From positions 1-45,266 of IMG/VR virus record IMGVR_UViG_2718217897_000001: a DNA stretch of 45,266 bases; one strand, 5' to 3'. Shown piece by piece: positions 9,326 to 17,713 of this stretch. Position numbers and translations under genes: made by a program. The first letter of the stretch is position 1; each line of letters starts with the position of its first letter. The notes beneath the pieces were generated by a model. It made no database searches, was not told the DNA's origin, and saw nothing but the letters and a program-made list of their open reading frames with translations. Source of the stretch: a virus (Duplodnaviria; Heunggongvirae; Uroviricota; Caudoviricetes).

Positions 9326-9571
9326 ATGACTTTTGATGAAAAAGAACTTGATAATGCAATTAATAAAATCATCGTAACGTCGCTCTTTTCCTGTCTCAGC
9401 GACACTCAGCAGAAACAGTTCTACGAATCGGCTTTCAACATGATCGAGCGTTGTTGTTTCTGCGATGCCGACGAGTTACCTGAAAAAATCAGGAAACAGT
9501 TGGCTGATGCTCTTCGAGTGCGACTTTCTGACCAATTTTCTGAAATGTGCTCTCCGAATTTGGACAAATAG
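9326..9571 (+). CDS. hypothetical small acidic protein
   Basis: 81-aa ORF with a strong AAAGGA Shine-Dalgarno 8 nt upstream. Antisense to the early-left operon. Confidence 0.4.
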   Translation: MTFDEKELDNAINKIIVTSLFSCLSDTQQKQFYESAFNMIERCCFCDADELPEKIRKQLADALRVRLSDQFSEMCSPNLDK

Positions 9572-9764
9572 AAAAAGGCCATTTCCATTCAGGGTCTGAT
9601 GGAAATACTTCAGCCTGTTCCAAAGCACGGCGTAAAGAGAACACAACTCCAGCCATAATCTGATGTTTCCCATTGGTCCAGCTATCGCCGCTCTGATCTA
9701 CAGGGGCGGCTATGTCGTATGACCAAACGACTTCACAGTTATTGTTTAAAATCTGGACTTTCAT
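9489..9764 (-). CDS. hypothetical protein, first gene downstream of the OL/PL region
   Basis: ATG at 9764 with an AGGTG Shine-Dalgarno. Its 3' end overlaps the convergent ORF 9326-9571, so one of the two may be spurious. Confidence 0.35.
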   Translation of the reverse strand: MKVQILNNNCEVVWSYDIAAPVDQSGDSWTNGKHQIMAGVVFSLRRALEQAEVFPSDPEWKWPFSICPNSESTFQKIGQKVALEEHQPTVS

Positions 9765-9806
9765 TTCATACACCTGCTTTAACATGAGTGCCTGGTGGCA
9801 CAACAT

Positions 9807-9970
9807 GACTCAACGAATCATCCTGGACTTCATATGCCCCAGGCGGCTACTTCGTGGGCGTCCTGCCTGTTCGTTATCTTTGATATAAAATCTAACTTAA
9901 CTTAGTTATTATGGCAAGAGAAAACACCAAACTTTTCTTAGTTCGGTGCCTTAGTTAGAGAAGAGAGGTC
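9807..9970. promoter_or_regulatory. left operator/promoter region (OL/PL-like)
   Basis: Three copies of the CTTAGTT motif that also occurs in the cI-cro intergenic region. Confidence 0.45.
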
Positions 9971-10597
9971 TTAGAGTTCGTATTGAACTCCTTTGACTAC
10001 ACCAATGATAAGGCAATTACCATTGATAGGGATGTTGGGATACCGAGGATTTAATGGCACTAAAAACTTTTGAGGGCCATCGATGACTAATTTTTTTACT
10101 GTAGCTTCGTTTGTTCCATCAAGTCGAGCGATGACTATTTTTCCATGACGAGGTTCTGCATCTGGATCTACAATCACTGTTGCGCCTTCTGGTATTGTTG
10201 GGAGGCCATTAGGGTTAGTCATGGAGTCACCTTTAACCTCTAATGCAAATGAGTTATCACCAATCTTTAATGATGTATCTACCCACTTGTCCACTTCACT
10301 AAACACTTCTGCTGCCCTGCACTCAGTAAACTGCCCAGCCTGAACCCACGATATTACAGGAACTCTGCGCATGTTTGTGACGAGTTTGCCTTCAAACTCA
10401 GCACCATAAAGAATGTAATCTATTGACGTATTGAAGAACTTCGCTAATTTCGAAAGTGCCTCCCCACCAGGGGTATTGATGTCTTTCTCCCAGTACCCCA
10501 CAGCAACGTCGCTTACTCCACAAAATTTACCCAATTCTTTCTGGGACGTTCCGGTAACTCTTCTCAGAGCTTTTATACGCTGACCAACCGTTTCCAT
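9971..10597 (-). CDS. cI: CI-like prophage repressor (HTH N-terminus, S24/LexA-type peptidase C-terminus)
   Basis: 208 aa. N-terminal HTH (SQKELGKFCGVSDVAVGYWE) and C-terminal autocleavage-type domain (GDSM ... K). Divergent from a cro-like gene. Confidence 0.85.
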   Translation of the reverse strand: METVGQRIKALRRVTGTSQKELGKFCGVSDVAVGYWEKDINTPGGEALSKLAKFFNTSIDYILYGAEFEGKLVTNMRRVPVISWVQAGQFTECRAAEVFSEVDKWVDTSLKIGDNSFALEVKGDSMTNPNGLPTIPEGATVIVDPDAEPRHGKIVIARLDGTNEATVKKLVIDGPQKFLVPLNPRYPNIPINGNCLIIGVVKGVQYEL

Positions 10598-10694
10598 AGG
10601 AGCACCATTTCTTGAATTGCTAAGTAATCTTAGTTTTTATTGACCAAAGATAGATTTGTAATTAGCATCTAATAAAACTTAGTTTGGAGGGCGT
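10598..10694. promoter_or_regulatory. right operator/promoter region (OR with PRM/PR-like divergent promoters)
   Basis: Divergent intergenic region with CTTAGTT repeats (tcttagttttt, aaacttagtttgg). Confidence 0.55.
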
Positions 10695-10895
10695 ATGACA
10701 ACTGACGATATCGAAAGCTACTTCGGCAGTATTGAGAAAGTTGCTGCTTTTTTCGGCATAACAACTGAAGCCGTTTATCAGTGGCGAAACCGTCCGGGCC
10801 AGTTAATTCCAAAAGGACGTGCAGCAGAAGCTGCATATAGAACTTGCGGACGGTTGCCATTTAAACCTGAGCTTTATGAAAAATCTAATGGATAA
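10695..10895 (+). CDS. cro: Cro/YdaS-like HTH regulator
   Basis: 66 aa, divergent from cI. HTH-like segment (AAFFGITTEAVYQWRNR). Confidence 0.7.
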   Translation: MTTDDIESYFGSIEKVAAFFGITTEAVYQWRNRPGQLIPKGRAAEAAYRTCGRLPFKPELYEKSNG

Positions 10896-11484
10896 ATCGA
10901 TTAACAGAAACCACAGAACGATGAGGCTAACCGTGGGTAAGCATCACTGGAAAGTAGAAAAACAGCCTGAGTGGTACGTGAAAGCTGTCAGAAAAACTAT
11001 CGCAGCGTTGCCGGGTGGTTACGCTGAAGCAGCTGACTGGCTGGATGTAACAGAAAACGCATTATTTAACCGCCTTCGTGCCGATGGCGATCAGATTTTC
11101 CCGCTGGGATGGGCAATGATTTTGCAACGTGCTGGTGGAACTCACTTCATTGCTGACGCTGTGGCGCAGTCTGCAAATGGCGTCTTTGTGTCTCTTCCTG
11201 ACGTCGAGGATGTGGACAACGCCGATATTAACCAGCGCCTGCTGGAAGTCATTGAACAGATTGGCAGTTATTCCAGACAGATTCGTTCGGCAATCGAAGA
11301 CGGTGTGGTGGAACCGCATGAGAAGACAGCAATTAACGACGAGCTGTATCTCTCAATTTCGAAGCTGCAGGAGCATGCAGCACTGGTCTACAAAATCTTT
11401 TGCATTTCAGAAAGTAATGACGCCCGCGAGTGTGCAGCTCCGGGCGCCGTGGCGTGTCGTGACTGTGGAGAAACTAACGCATGA
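10888..11484 (+). CDS. YdaT-like protein (CII-analogue position)
   Basis: Follows cro. The ATG at 10888 overlaps the cro stop. Family call from memory is tentative. Confidence 0.4.
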   Translation: MDKSINRNHRTMRLTVGKHHWKVEKQPEWYVKAVRKTIAALPGGYAEAADWLDVTENALFNRLRADGDQIFPLGWAMILQRAGGTHFIADAVAQSANGVFVSLPDVEDVDNADINQRLLEVIEQIGSYSRQIRSAIEDGVVEPHEKTAINDELYLSISKLQEHAALVYKIFCISESNDARECAAPGAVACRDCGETNA

Positions 11485-11819
11485 ACAGTTTAACAACACA
11501 CTACCGTCGCTCGCAACTGATTGCGCTTCCTGTACCGGGTGGAAAAGCGAAGGTGGAGTATTGCTATGCAGTTAATGTACCAGGTGACAGGGAAATTGTA
11601 ACCCACAGCTTTGCTGAGTGGGCTGTGGGTGATTTCAACCGGCAGAAGGAGACAGTCCTTTGCGACAAGTTAACCGCTGGTTCAAAGATCACTACGGAGT
11701 GCCCGTCAGAGTCATTCGTTGGGAGCCGGAAACACAACGAGTTATCTACCTCCGCGAAGGCTATGAGCATGAGTGCTTCAGCCCGCTCGAACAGTTTCGT
11801 CGTAAATTCAGGGAAATAG
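11481..11819 (+). CDS. hypothetical protein; reading frame suspect in the 3' half
   Basis: N-terminal 60 aa look protein-like, the C-terminal tail is low-complexity. A -1 frame from ~11633 encodes a more natural sequence, with a possible TTG start at 11660 after AAGGAG. Confidence 0.3.
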   Translation: MNSLTTHYRRSQLIALPVPGGKAKVEYCYAVNVPGDREIVTHSFAEWAVGDFNRQKETVLCDKLTAGSKITTECPSESFVGSRKHNELSTSAKAMSMSASARSNSFVVNSGK

Positions 11820-11828
11820 AGGTCGGTC

Positions 11829-12770
11829 ATGAGCACTAAATTAACCGGCTATGTATGGGATGGTTGCGCTGCATCAGGCATGAAATTATCCAGCGTGGCA
11901 ATTATGGCCCGCCTGGCTGATTTCAGTAATGACGAAGGTGTGTGCTGGCCATCAATTGAAACTATTGCCCGTCAGATTGGCGCGGGGATGAGTACCGTCA
12001 GGACGGCTATCGCACGGCTGGAAGCAGAAGGCTGGTTAACGCGTAAGGCGCGTCGCCAGGGTAACCGCAATGCGTCGAATGTTTATCAGCTTAACGTTGC
12101 GAAGCTTCAGGCAGCGGCATTTTCTCAACTGTCAGATTCTGACCCGTCAAAATCTGACGCATCAAAATCTGACCCGTCAAAATTTGATGCGTCGAAATCT
12201 GGCAAAAAAGCGGGTTTTCACCCGTCAGAATCTGGCGGGGATCCGTCAGTAAAATCAAAACATGATCCGTCAGATAAAAAACCTTCTCGTCCGGACGCTT
12301 CGCAACCGGACACGCAGACGGATGAACAGGATTTTTTAACTCGCCATCCTGATGCGGTTGTATTCAGCCCTAAAAAGCGCCAGTGGGGAACGCAGGATGA
12401 TTTGACCTGCGCACAGTGGCTCTGGAAAAAAATCATCGCCCTGTACGAGCAAGCCGCCGAATGTGACGGCGAGGTGGTTCGTCCCAAAGAACCGAACTGG
12501 ACAGCCTGGGCAAACGAAATTCGCCTGATGTGTGTGCAGGATGGTCGTACTCACAAACAAATCTGCGAGATGTACAGCCGCGTCAGCCGCGATCCGTTCT
12601 GGTGCCGTAACGTGCTCAGCCCGTCGAAGTTGCGGGAAAAATGGGATGAGCTTTCCCTGCGCTTATCACCGTCCGTCAGCACGTACACCGAAAAACGCGA
12701 AGACCCGTACTTCAAATCCAGTTACGACAACGTGGACTACAGCCAGATCCCGGCAGGATTCAGGGGGTGA
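11829..12770 (+). CDS. replication initiator (lambda O-like; N-terminal winged HTH) with internal origin iterons
   Basis: 313 aa. N-terminal HTH, then a repeat-encoded SDSDPSKSDASKSDPSKFDASKS segment matching the DNA iterons. Confidence 0.65.
   Translation: MSTKLTGYVWDGCAASGMKLSSVAIMARLADFSNDEGVCWPSIETIARQIGAGMSTVRTAIARLEAEGWLTRKARRQGNRNASNVYQLNVAKLQAAAFSQLSDSDPSKSDASKSDPSKFDASKSGKKAGFHPSESGGDPSVKSKHDPSDKKPSRPDASQPDTQTDEQDFLTRHPDAVVFSPKKRQWGTQDDLTCAQWLWKKIIALYEQAAECDGEVVRPKEPNWTAWANEIRLMCVQDGRTHKQICEMYSRVSRDPFWCRNVLSPSKLREKWDELSLRLSPSVSTYTEKREDPYFKSSYDNVDYSQIPAGFRG
12129..12275. repeat. origin iterons (about 7-8 direct repeats of a CCGTCA(A/G)AATCTG-like unit)
   Basis: Tandem direct repeats visible at 12129-12275 inside the initiator gene, as in lambda ori within O. 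Confidence 0.7.
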
Positions 12771-13261
12771 TCATGAGTCTGTTAAATGACGTTCAGAAAT
12801 TCATTGAAGCCCATCCGGGGTGTACTTCCGGAGACATTGCGGATGCTTTTGCAGGTTACTCACGGCAGCGCGTTCTGCAGTCTGCAAGCAAGTTACGTCA
12901 GAGTGGGCGTGTGGCTCACCGTTGTGAAGGAGATACACGCAGACATTTCCCGCGCCTGACTGAGAGAGCGCAGGAGCCGGAACCACAACCAGTTCGTGAA
13001 ACCAGACCTGTGCGCAATTTCTATGTCGGCACTAACGATCCCCGGGTGATTTTGTGCCTGACCCGCCAGGCGGAAGAACTGGAGTCCAGGGGCTTATACC
13101 GTCGTGCTGCAACGGTGTGGATGGCGGCATTCCGTGAAAGCCACTCCCAGCCAGAACGAAACAATTTTCTGGCGCGTCGTGAGCAGTGTTTACGGAAAAG
13201 CAGCAAGCGCGCTGTATCGAGTGATGAGTGGTATCTGTCAGGGAATTACGTGGGGGCTTAA
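12767..13261 (+). CDS. hypothetical DNA-binding or replication-associated protein
   Basis: 164-aa ORF, translationally coupled. No confident family. Confidence 0.4.
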   Translation: MIMSLLNDVQKFIEAHPGCTSGDIADAFAGYSRQRVLQSASKLRQSGRVAHRCEGDTRRHFPRLTERAQEPEPQPVRETRPVRNFYVGTNDPRVILCLTRQAEELESRGLYRRAATVWMAAFRESHSQPERNNFLARREQCLRKSSKRAVSSDEWYLSGNYVGA

Positions 13262-13914
13262 TGAGTAATAAATATTGCCAGGCGCTGGTGGAACTACGGA
13301 ACAAACCAGCCCATGAACTGAAGGAAGTGGGCGATCAGTGGCGCACGCCGGATAACATTTTCTGGGGAATTAACACTCTGTTTGGCCCGTTTGTTCTGGA
13401 TCTTTTTACTGACGGTGATAACGCCAAATGTGCCGCGTATTACACGGCGGAAGACAACGCGCTGGCGCATGACTGGTCAGAACGTCTTGCGGAGCTTAAA
13501 GGTGCTGCCTTTGGTAATCCCCCATACAGCCGCGCCAGTCAGCATGAGGGGCAATACATCACCGGCATGCGTTACATCATGAAGCATGCCAGTGCCATGC
13601 GTGATAAAGGCGGGCGCTATGTTTTCCTGATCAAAGCTGCCACCAGCGAAGTGTGGTGGCCGGAAGATGCAGATCATATTGCTTTTATTCGCGGGCGTAT
13701 TGGTTTTGAACTGCCTGTCTGGTTTATCCCGAAAGACGAGAAGCAGGTGCCGACAGGCGCTTTCTTCGCTGGTGCTATTGCTGTTTTCGATAAGACCTGG
13801 AAGGGACCGGCAATCAGCTACATCGGGCGCGATGAACTTGAGGCATGTGGTGAGGCGTTTCTGGCGCAGGTTCGCCAGCAGGCGGAAAAACTGGTCAGGG
13901 AGATGGCGGCATGA
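13261..13914 (+). CDS. phage N6-adenine DNA methyltransferase (Dam-type, DPPY family)
   Basis: FGNPPYS motif. ATG at 13261 (MSNKYCQ). Confidence 0.7.
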   Translation: MSNKYCQALVELRNKPAHELKEVGDQWRTPDNIFWGINTLFGPFVLDLFTDGDNAKCAAYYTAEDNALAHDWSERLAELKGAAFGNPPYSRASQHEGQYITGMRYIMKHASAMRDKGGRYVFLIKAATSEVWWPEDADHIAFIRGRIGFELPVWFIPKDEKQVPTGAFFAGAIAVFDKTWKGPAISYIGRDELEACGEAFLAQVRQQAEKLVREMAA

Positions 13915-14237
13915 CGACGTTAACTCAATGCCAGCAGCAGGTGCTGGATATGCTGATTTCTTACCAGAAAGAACGTGGCTTCCCGCCAACCAATCAGGAG
14001 GTGGCAACCATGCTGGGATACCGTTCAGTGAATGCAGCGGTGGAACATCTTCGCGCACTGGAGAAAAAAGGCGTCATCACGATAAAGCGTGGCGTGGCCC
14101 GGGGTATCACTCTTCATACCGCGGTGAAGGACGACGACAGCGAGGCGGTCGGGATTATCCGCTCACTGCTTGCCGGTGAGGAAAACGCCAGGCTGCGTGC
14201 AACCCACTGGTTACATGAGAGAGGCCTGAAAGTATGA
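13911..14237 (+). CDS. LexA-DNA-binding-domain-like winged-helix protein
   Basis: 108 aa. N-terminal segment resembles the LexA DNA-binding domain (QQQVLDMLISYQKERGFPPTNQEVA). Confidence 0.45.
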   Translation: MTTLTQCQQQVLDMLISYQKERGFPPTNQEVATMLGYRSVNAAVEHLRALEKKGVITIKRGVARGITLHTAVKDDDSEAVGIIRSLLAGEENARLRATHWLHERGLKV

Positions 14238-14623
14238 AGCTGATCCTGCCTTTCCCGCCCAGCGTGAACACGTACTGGCGACACCCCAACAAAGGGGCAT
14301 TTGCTGGTAAGAGCCTGATAAGCGCGGCGGGGCGAAAATTTCAGAGCGCGGCGTGCGCAGCAATAGTTGAGCAGTTACGTCGTCTGCCAAAACCAACGTC
14401 GGCACCTGCTTCAGTGGAGATCGTGTTGTTTCCTCCGGATAACCGGATCCGCGATCTGGACAACTATAACAAGGCGCTGTTTGACGCGTTGACCCACGCG
14501 GGTGTGTGGGAAGACGACAGACAGGTGAAAAGAATGCTGGTGGAGTGGGGACCGGTTATCCCGAAAGGGAAGGTCGAGATCACCATCAGTAAGTACGAGA
14601 AAACGGCGGGTGCAGCCGCCTGA
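14234..14623 (+). CDS. rusA: RusA-family Holliday junction resolvase
   Basis: LPFPPSVNTYW N-terminal signature and conserved acidic residues. Confidence 0.8.
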   Translation: MKLILPFPPSVNTYWRHPNKGAFAGKSLISAAGRKFQSAACAAIVEQLRRLPKPTSAPASVEIVLFPPDNRIRDLDNYNKALFDALTHAGVWEDDRQVKRMLVEWGPVIPKGKVEITISKYEKTAGAAA

Positions 14624-14642
14624 TCAAGAGGAGAAACGAAGT

Positions 14643-15440
14643 ATGAATAATCTGATGGTCATTGATGGTATTGAAGTTCGTCGTGATGCTTATGGTCGTT
14701 ACAGCCTGAACGATCTGCACAGGGCTGCCGGTTCTCTGGATAAGCATAAGCCTGCATTCTGGCTCCGCAATGAGCAAACTGAACGTTTAATAAGCGAGTT
14801 GCAGATTTGCAACTCGGTCAATATAGAGCCAGTTAACGTTATTCGTGGCGGAAATAACCAGGGGACGTATGTCTGCAAAGAACTGGTGTATGCCTATGCA
14901 ATGTGGATAAGCCCGTCATTCCATCTGAAGGTGATCCGTACTTTCGACATGGTAACCAGCGCACCGGAAAAATTATCCGGACAGGCTGCTGACAAGATGC
15001 AGGCTGGCGTGATTCTGCTGGACTTTATGCGCCGGGAATTAAACCTGTCTAACTCATCAGTGCTTGGTGCCTGTCAGAAACTCCAGGAGGCTGTTGGCTT
15101 ACCGAATCTGGCACCGCGCTATGCCATTGATGCTCCTGCTGACGCGCCTGATGGCTCAAGTCGCCCCACGCTGTCGCTGAGTGCACTGCTGAAACAGTAT
15201 GGTATCCGCCTGACGGCTAATCAGGCATATCACCAGATGGTGAAGCTGGGGATCGTCGAGCAGCGCGAACGATACAGCCGTACCGCGATTAACAACATCA
15301 AAAAATTCTGGTCGCTGACAGCGAAAGGCTGCATGTTCGGCAAGAACATCACCAGTCCCGCAAATCCGCGCGAGACGCAGCCGCATTTCTTCGAATCCCG
15401 ATTCCCTGAGCTGTTAAAGCTGCTCGATACCGTTCATTGA
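14643..15440 (+). CDS. KilA-N domain protein (antirepressor-like)
   Basis: N-terminal KilA-N-like region (MNNLMVIDGIEVRRDAYGRYSLNDLHRAAG). ATG at 14643 with AGGAG upstream. Confidence 0.55.
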   Translation: MNNLMVIDGIEVRRDAYGRYSLNDLHRAAGSLDKHKPAFWLRNEQTERLISELQICNSVNIEPVNVIRGGNNQGTYVCKELVYAYAMWISPSFHLKVIRTFDMVTSAPEKLSGQAADKMQAGVILLDFMRRELNLSNSSVLGACQKLQEAVGLPNLAPRYAIDAPADAPDGSSRPTLSLSALLKQYGIRLTANQAYHQMVKLGIVEQRERYSRTAINNIKKFWSLTAKGCMFGKNITSPANPRETQPHFFESRFPELLKLLDTVH

Positions 15441-15441
15441 G

Positions 15442-16437
15442 GTGACCGTGAGAGCACTACTGACTCCTGAAATTGCCCCGCGTATGGGGATCGTATTGTT
15501 CAGGCCAGGTTCAGAGCTGATGCCCCTGTTTATGCAGGGGCGTGTCCTGCTGGAGCCTGAGCCGGAACGTTATTCATCTTTTGCCAGTGGTGCCGTTCCG
15601 GCGGTATCACAACCGCTGGCGGATGATCCTGCCGTTCGGGGCGTGTTCCGCAATGAGGCAGTGATCCGTCGTGCTGGTGGCGTGGAATGTCTTGAAAGCT
15701 GGTTACTTCGTGAAAAGGGCTGTCAGTGGCCTCATTCCGACTGGCACAGCGAGAACATGACCACAATGCGGCACGCGCCGGGCGCAATCCGTCTGTGCTG
15801 GCACTGCGATAACCAGTTGCGCGATCAGTTCACGGAACGGCTGGAATCAATGGCAACGGATAACTGTGCCCGCTGGGTATTGTCTGTTGTGCGTCGGGAT
15901 CTCGGTTTTGATGATAGTCACGTTGTGACAATGCCGGAACTGTGCTGGTGGCTGGTTCGTAATGACCTGGCGGATGCCTTACCGGAAAGTGCAGCCCGTA
16001 AGGCACTGAGATTACCGAAGCCTGTTGTGCCGTCTGTCACCCGGGAAAGTGACCTTGTGCCTTCGGTTCCTGCCACCAGCATCATCCAGGATAAAGCGAA
16101 AAAGGTGCTGGCGCTGAAAGTGGATCCGGAGTCGCCGGAGTCTTTTATGTTACGCCCAAAAAGCCGCCGCTGGGTTAATGAAAAGTACACGCGCTGGGTT
16201 AAGACACAGCCGTGTGCATGTTGTGGAAAGCCTGCTGATGATCCCCACCATCTGATAGGCCACGGTCAGGGTGGAATGGGTACAAAAGCGCATGACCTCT
16301 TTGTGTTGCCTTTGTGCAGAAAGCATCACGACGAGCTGCATGCGGATACCGTGGCATTTGAAGAGAAGTATGGCTCTCAGCTGGAGCTGATATTTCGTTT
16401 TATCGATCGTGCGCTGGCAATTGGCGTACTGGCCTGA
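15442..16437 (+). CDS. DUF968-like protein (C-terminal Cys/His-rich nuclease-like region)
   Basis: C-terminal CACCGKPADDPHHLIGHGQGGMGTKAHD ... CRKHHDELH pattern. Confidence 0.5.
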   Translation: MTVRALLTPEIAPRMGIVLFRPGSELMPLFMQGRVLLEPEPERYSSFASGAVPAVSQPLADDPAVRGVFRNEAVIRRAGGVECLESWLLREKGCQWPHSDWHSENMTTMRHAPGAIRLCWHCDNQLRDQFTERLESMATDNCARWVLSVVRRDLGFDDSHVVTMPELCWWLVRNDLADALPESAARKALRLPKPVVPSVTRESDLVPSVPATSIIQDKAKKVLALKVDPESPESFMLRPKSRRWVNEKYTRWVKTQPCACCGKPADDPHHLIGHGQGGMGTKAHDLFVLPLCRKHHDELHADTVAFEEKYGSQLELIFRFIDRALAIGVLA

Positions 16438-16439
16438 TT

Positions 16440-16802
16440 TTGTGGAGAAAGTTGATGCGTGATATGTATGAAGTGATGGATCGTTGGGGAGCTTGGGCTG
16501 CTTCAGACAATAGCGGAGTGGACTGGCAACCGGTAGCCGCTGGCTTCAAGGGGCTTTTACCTCATGGCAAAAAGTCCCGGATTCAGTGTGATGATGATGA
16601 GGGGCTCATGATCGATGGGTGCGTAGCTAGATTAAGAAAGTACAAACCAGAAGAGTATGAGTTAGTTATAGCCCATTTTGTGGTAGGGATTTCATTGCGA
16701 GCCATTGCTAAGAAGAGAAAGTGTTCGGATGGGACTATCAGGAAAGAGTTGCAAACATCGCTTGGTTTCATTGAAGGCATTGTTTGCACTCTTGCCTGTT
16801 AA
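16440..16802 (+). CDS. Q: late-gene antiterminator Q (QuuD-like)
   Basis: RWGAWAA, AAGFKGL, QCDDDE, GCVARL, CSDGTIRK motifs shared with E. coli QuuD. Start possibly at 16455. Confidence 0.8.
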   Translation: MWRKLMRDMYEVMDRWGAWAASDNSGVDWQPVAAGFKGLLPHGKKSRIQCDDDEGLMIDGCVARLRKYKPEEYELVIAHFVVGISLRAIAKKRKCSDGTIRKELQTSLGFIEGIVCTLAC

Positions 16803-16823
16803 CTATTCTTAACTGTCTTCTAG

Positions 16824-17708
16824 TTATATTGGGCGCTTTGAATTCGATTTAAAGCGTCTTCCACTTATTCCAGAAACCCAAATGTCTTCCTCAAGAAAGT
16901 CAAGAAGGGCTTTTATTTCTTTTTTTGATGAAGGCATGACAATTTTCTCAACACCGCCAACTATTATGGTTTGTAAGGGGAAATTAACTTTAGCAGCTTC
17001 GGATTTAAACTTTGACATATTTTGGGGTGTTAGCATCCCAGTCTGATTTATTAGTGTTACTTTATTTCTTATCACTGTATCTGCAACGGATTTTAGATCA
17101 AAACCTTGGGGAGTAGAAAATACACTAAGTTGACTAAATGCATTAAGTTCTTGGTCAGTAGCAGCAGAAAAATAGGACGACATGTCAAAAATGCTTCTTA
17201 GATTAAAGAAACTCTTAAATCGTATTGTATCATTGATAATTATTGCAACTAGTTTATCATCAACATTAAAACCGATGCTATTAGCTTTACTAAAGGTAGT
17301 TTTGCTTGCAAAAAGCTTTCCAAAGAATGATTTTGAGGTATCTAAGATTTGTTTTTTGTTGAAAGTTTGTAGTGCAATAATATTGGGGTTTGCTGGCGCG
17401 TCAACACCAACAAATAATGCTTTAATATAACCAATATCAATTTGGCTAGGATCCCAGATAGGCACGGCGGTAGGCCTATTGACTGCGTCAATCAGGCGTG
17501 CAGAATCAGTAAAGTTTTGTATTTCAAAACACTCACTATGTTTTGGTGTATAACCGGCATAGAATGGTATCATATTGTTATGATGACTTTCAAAATATTG
17601 ACGCTGTTGTTGGAAAATGGCCGTAACAGAAGTACTTGCTGTTGCATCAAGTTCGACTCTAACAATTCTCGTTGCAATTGTATTATCTATTACTGCAAAA
17701 AGTGCCAT
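16824..17708 (-). CDS. hypothetical 294-aa protein, second gene of the opposite-strand cargo operon
   Basis: Starts 5 bp after the stop of the upstream membrane-protein gene, with an AAAGGA Shine-Dalgarno. AT-rich. No family recognised. Confidence 0.6.
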   Translation of the reverse strand: MALFAVIDNTIATRIVRVELDATASTSVTAIFQQQRQYFESHHNNMIPFYAGYTPKHSECFEIQNFTDSARLIDAVNRPTAVPIWDPSQIDIGYIKALFVGVDAPANPNIIALQTFNKKQILDTSKSFFGKLFASKTTFSKANSIGFNVDDKLVAIIINDTIRFKSFFNLRSIFDMSSYFSAATDQELNAFSQLSVFSTPQGFDLKSVADTVIRNKVTLINQTGMLTPQNMSKFKSEAAKVNFPLQTIIVGGVEKIVMPSSKKEIKALLDFLEEDIWVSGISGRRFKSNSKRPI

Positions 17709-17713
17709 GGTTA

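Noticed and set aside
12070-12252. 60-aa ORF within the initiator gene
   Set aside because: It is an alternative-frame read of the iteron repeats (repetitive TRQNLT-type translation), not a gene.
12129-12275. CRISPR array
   Set aside because: The only tandem repeats in the window are these short iterons without unique spacers, and no cas genes are present, so no CRISPR array is called.
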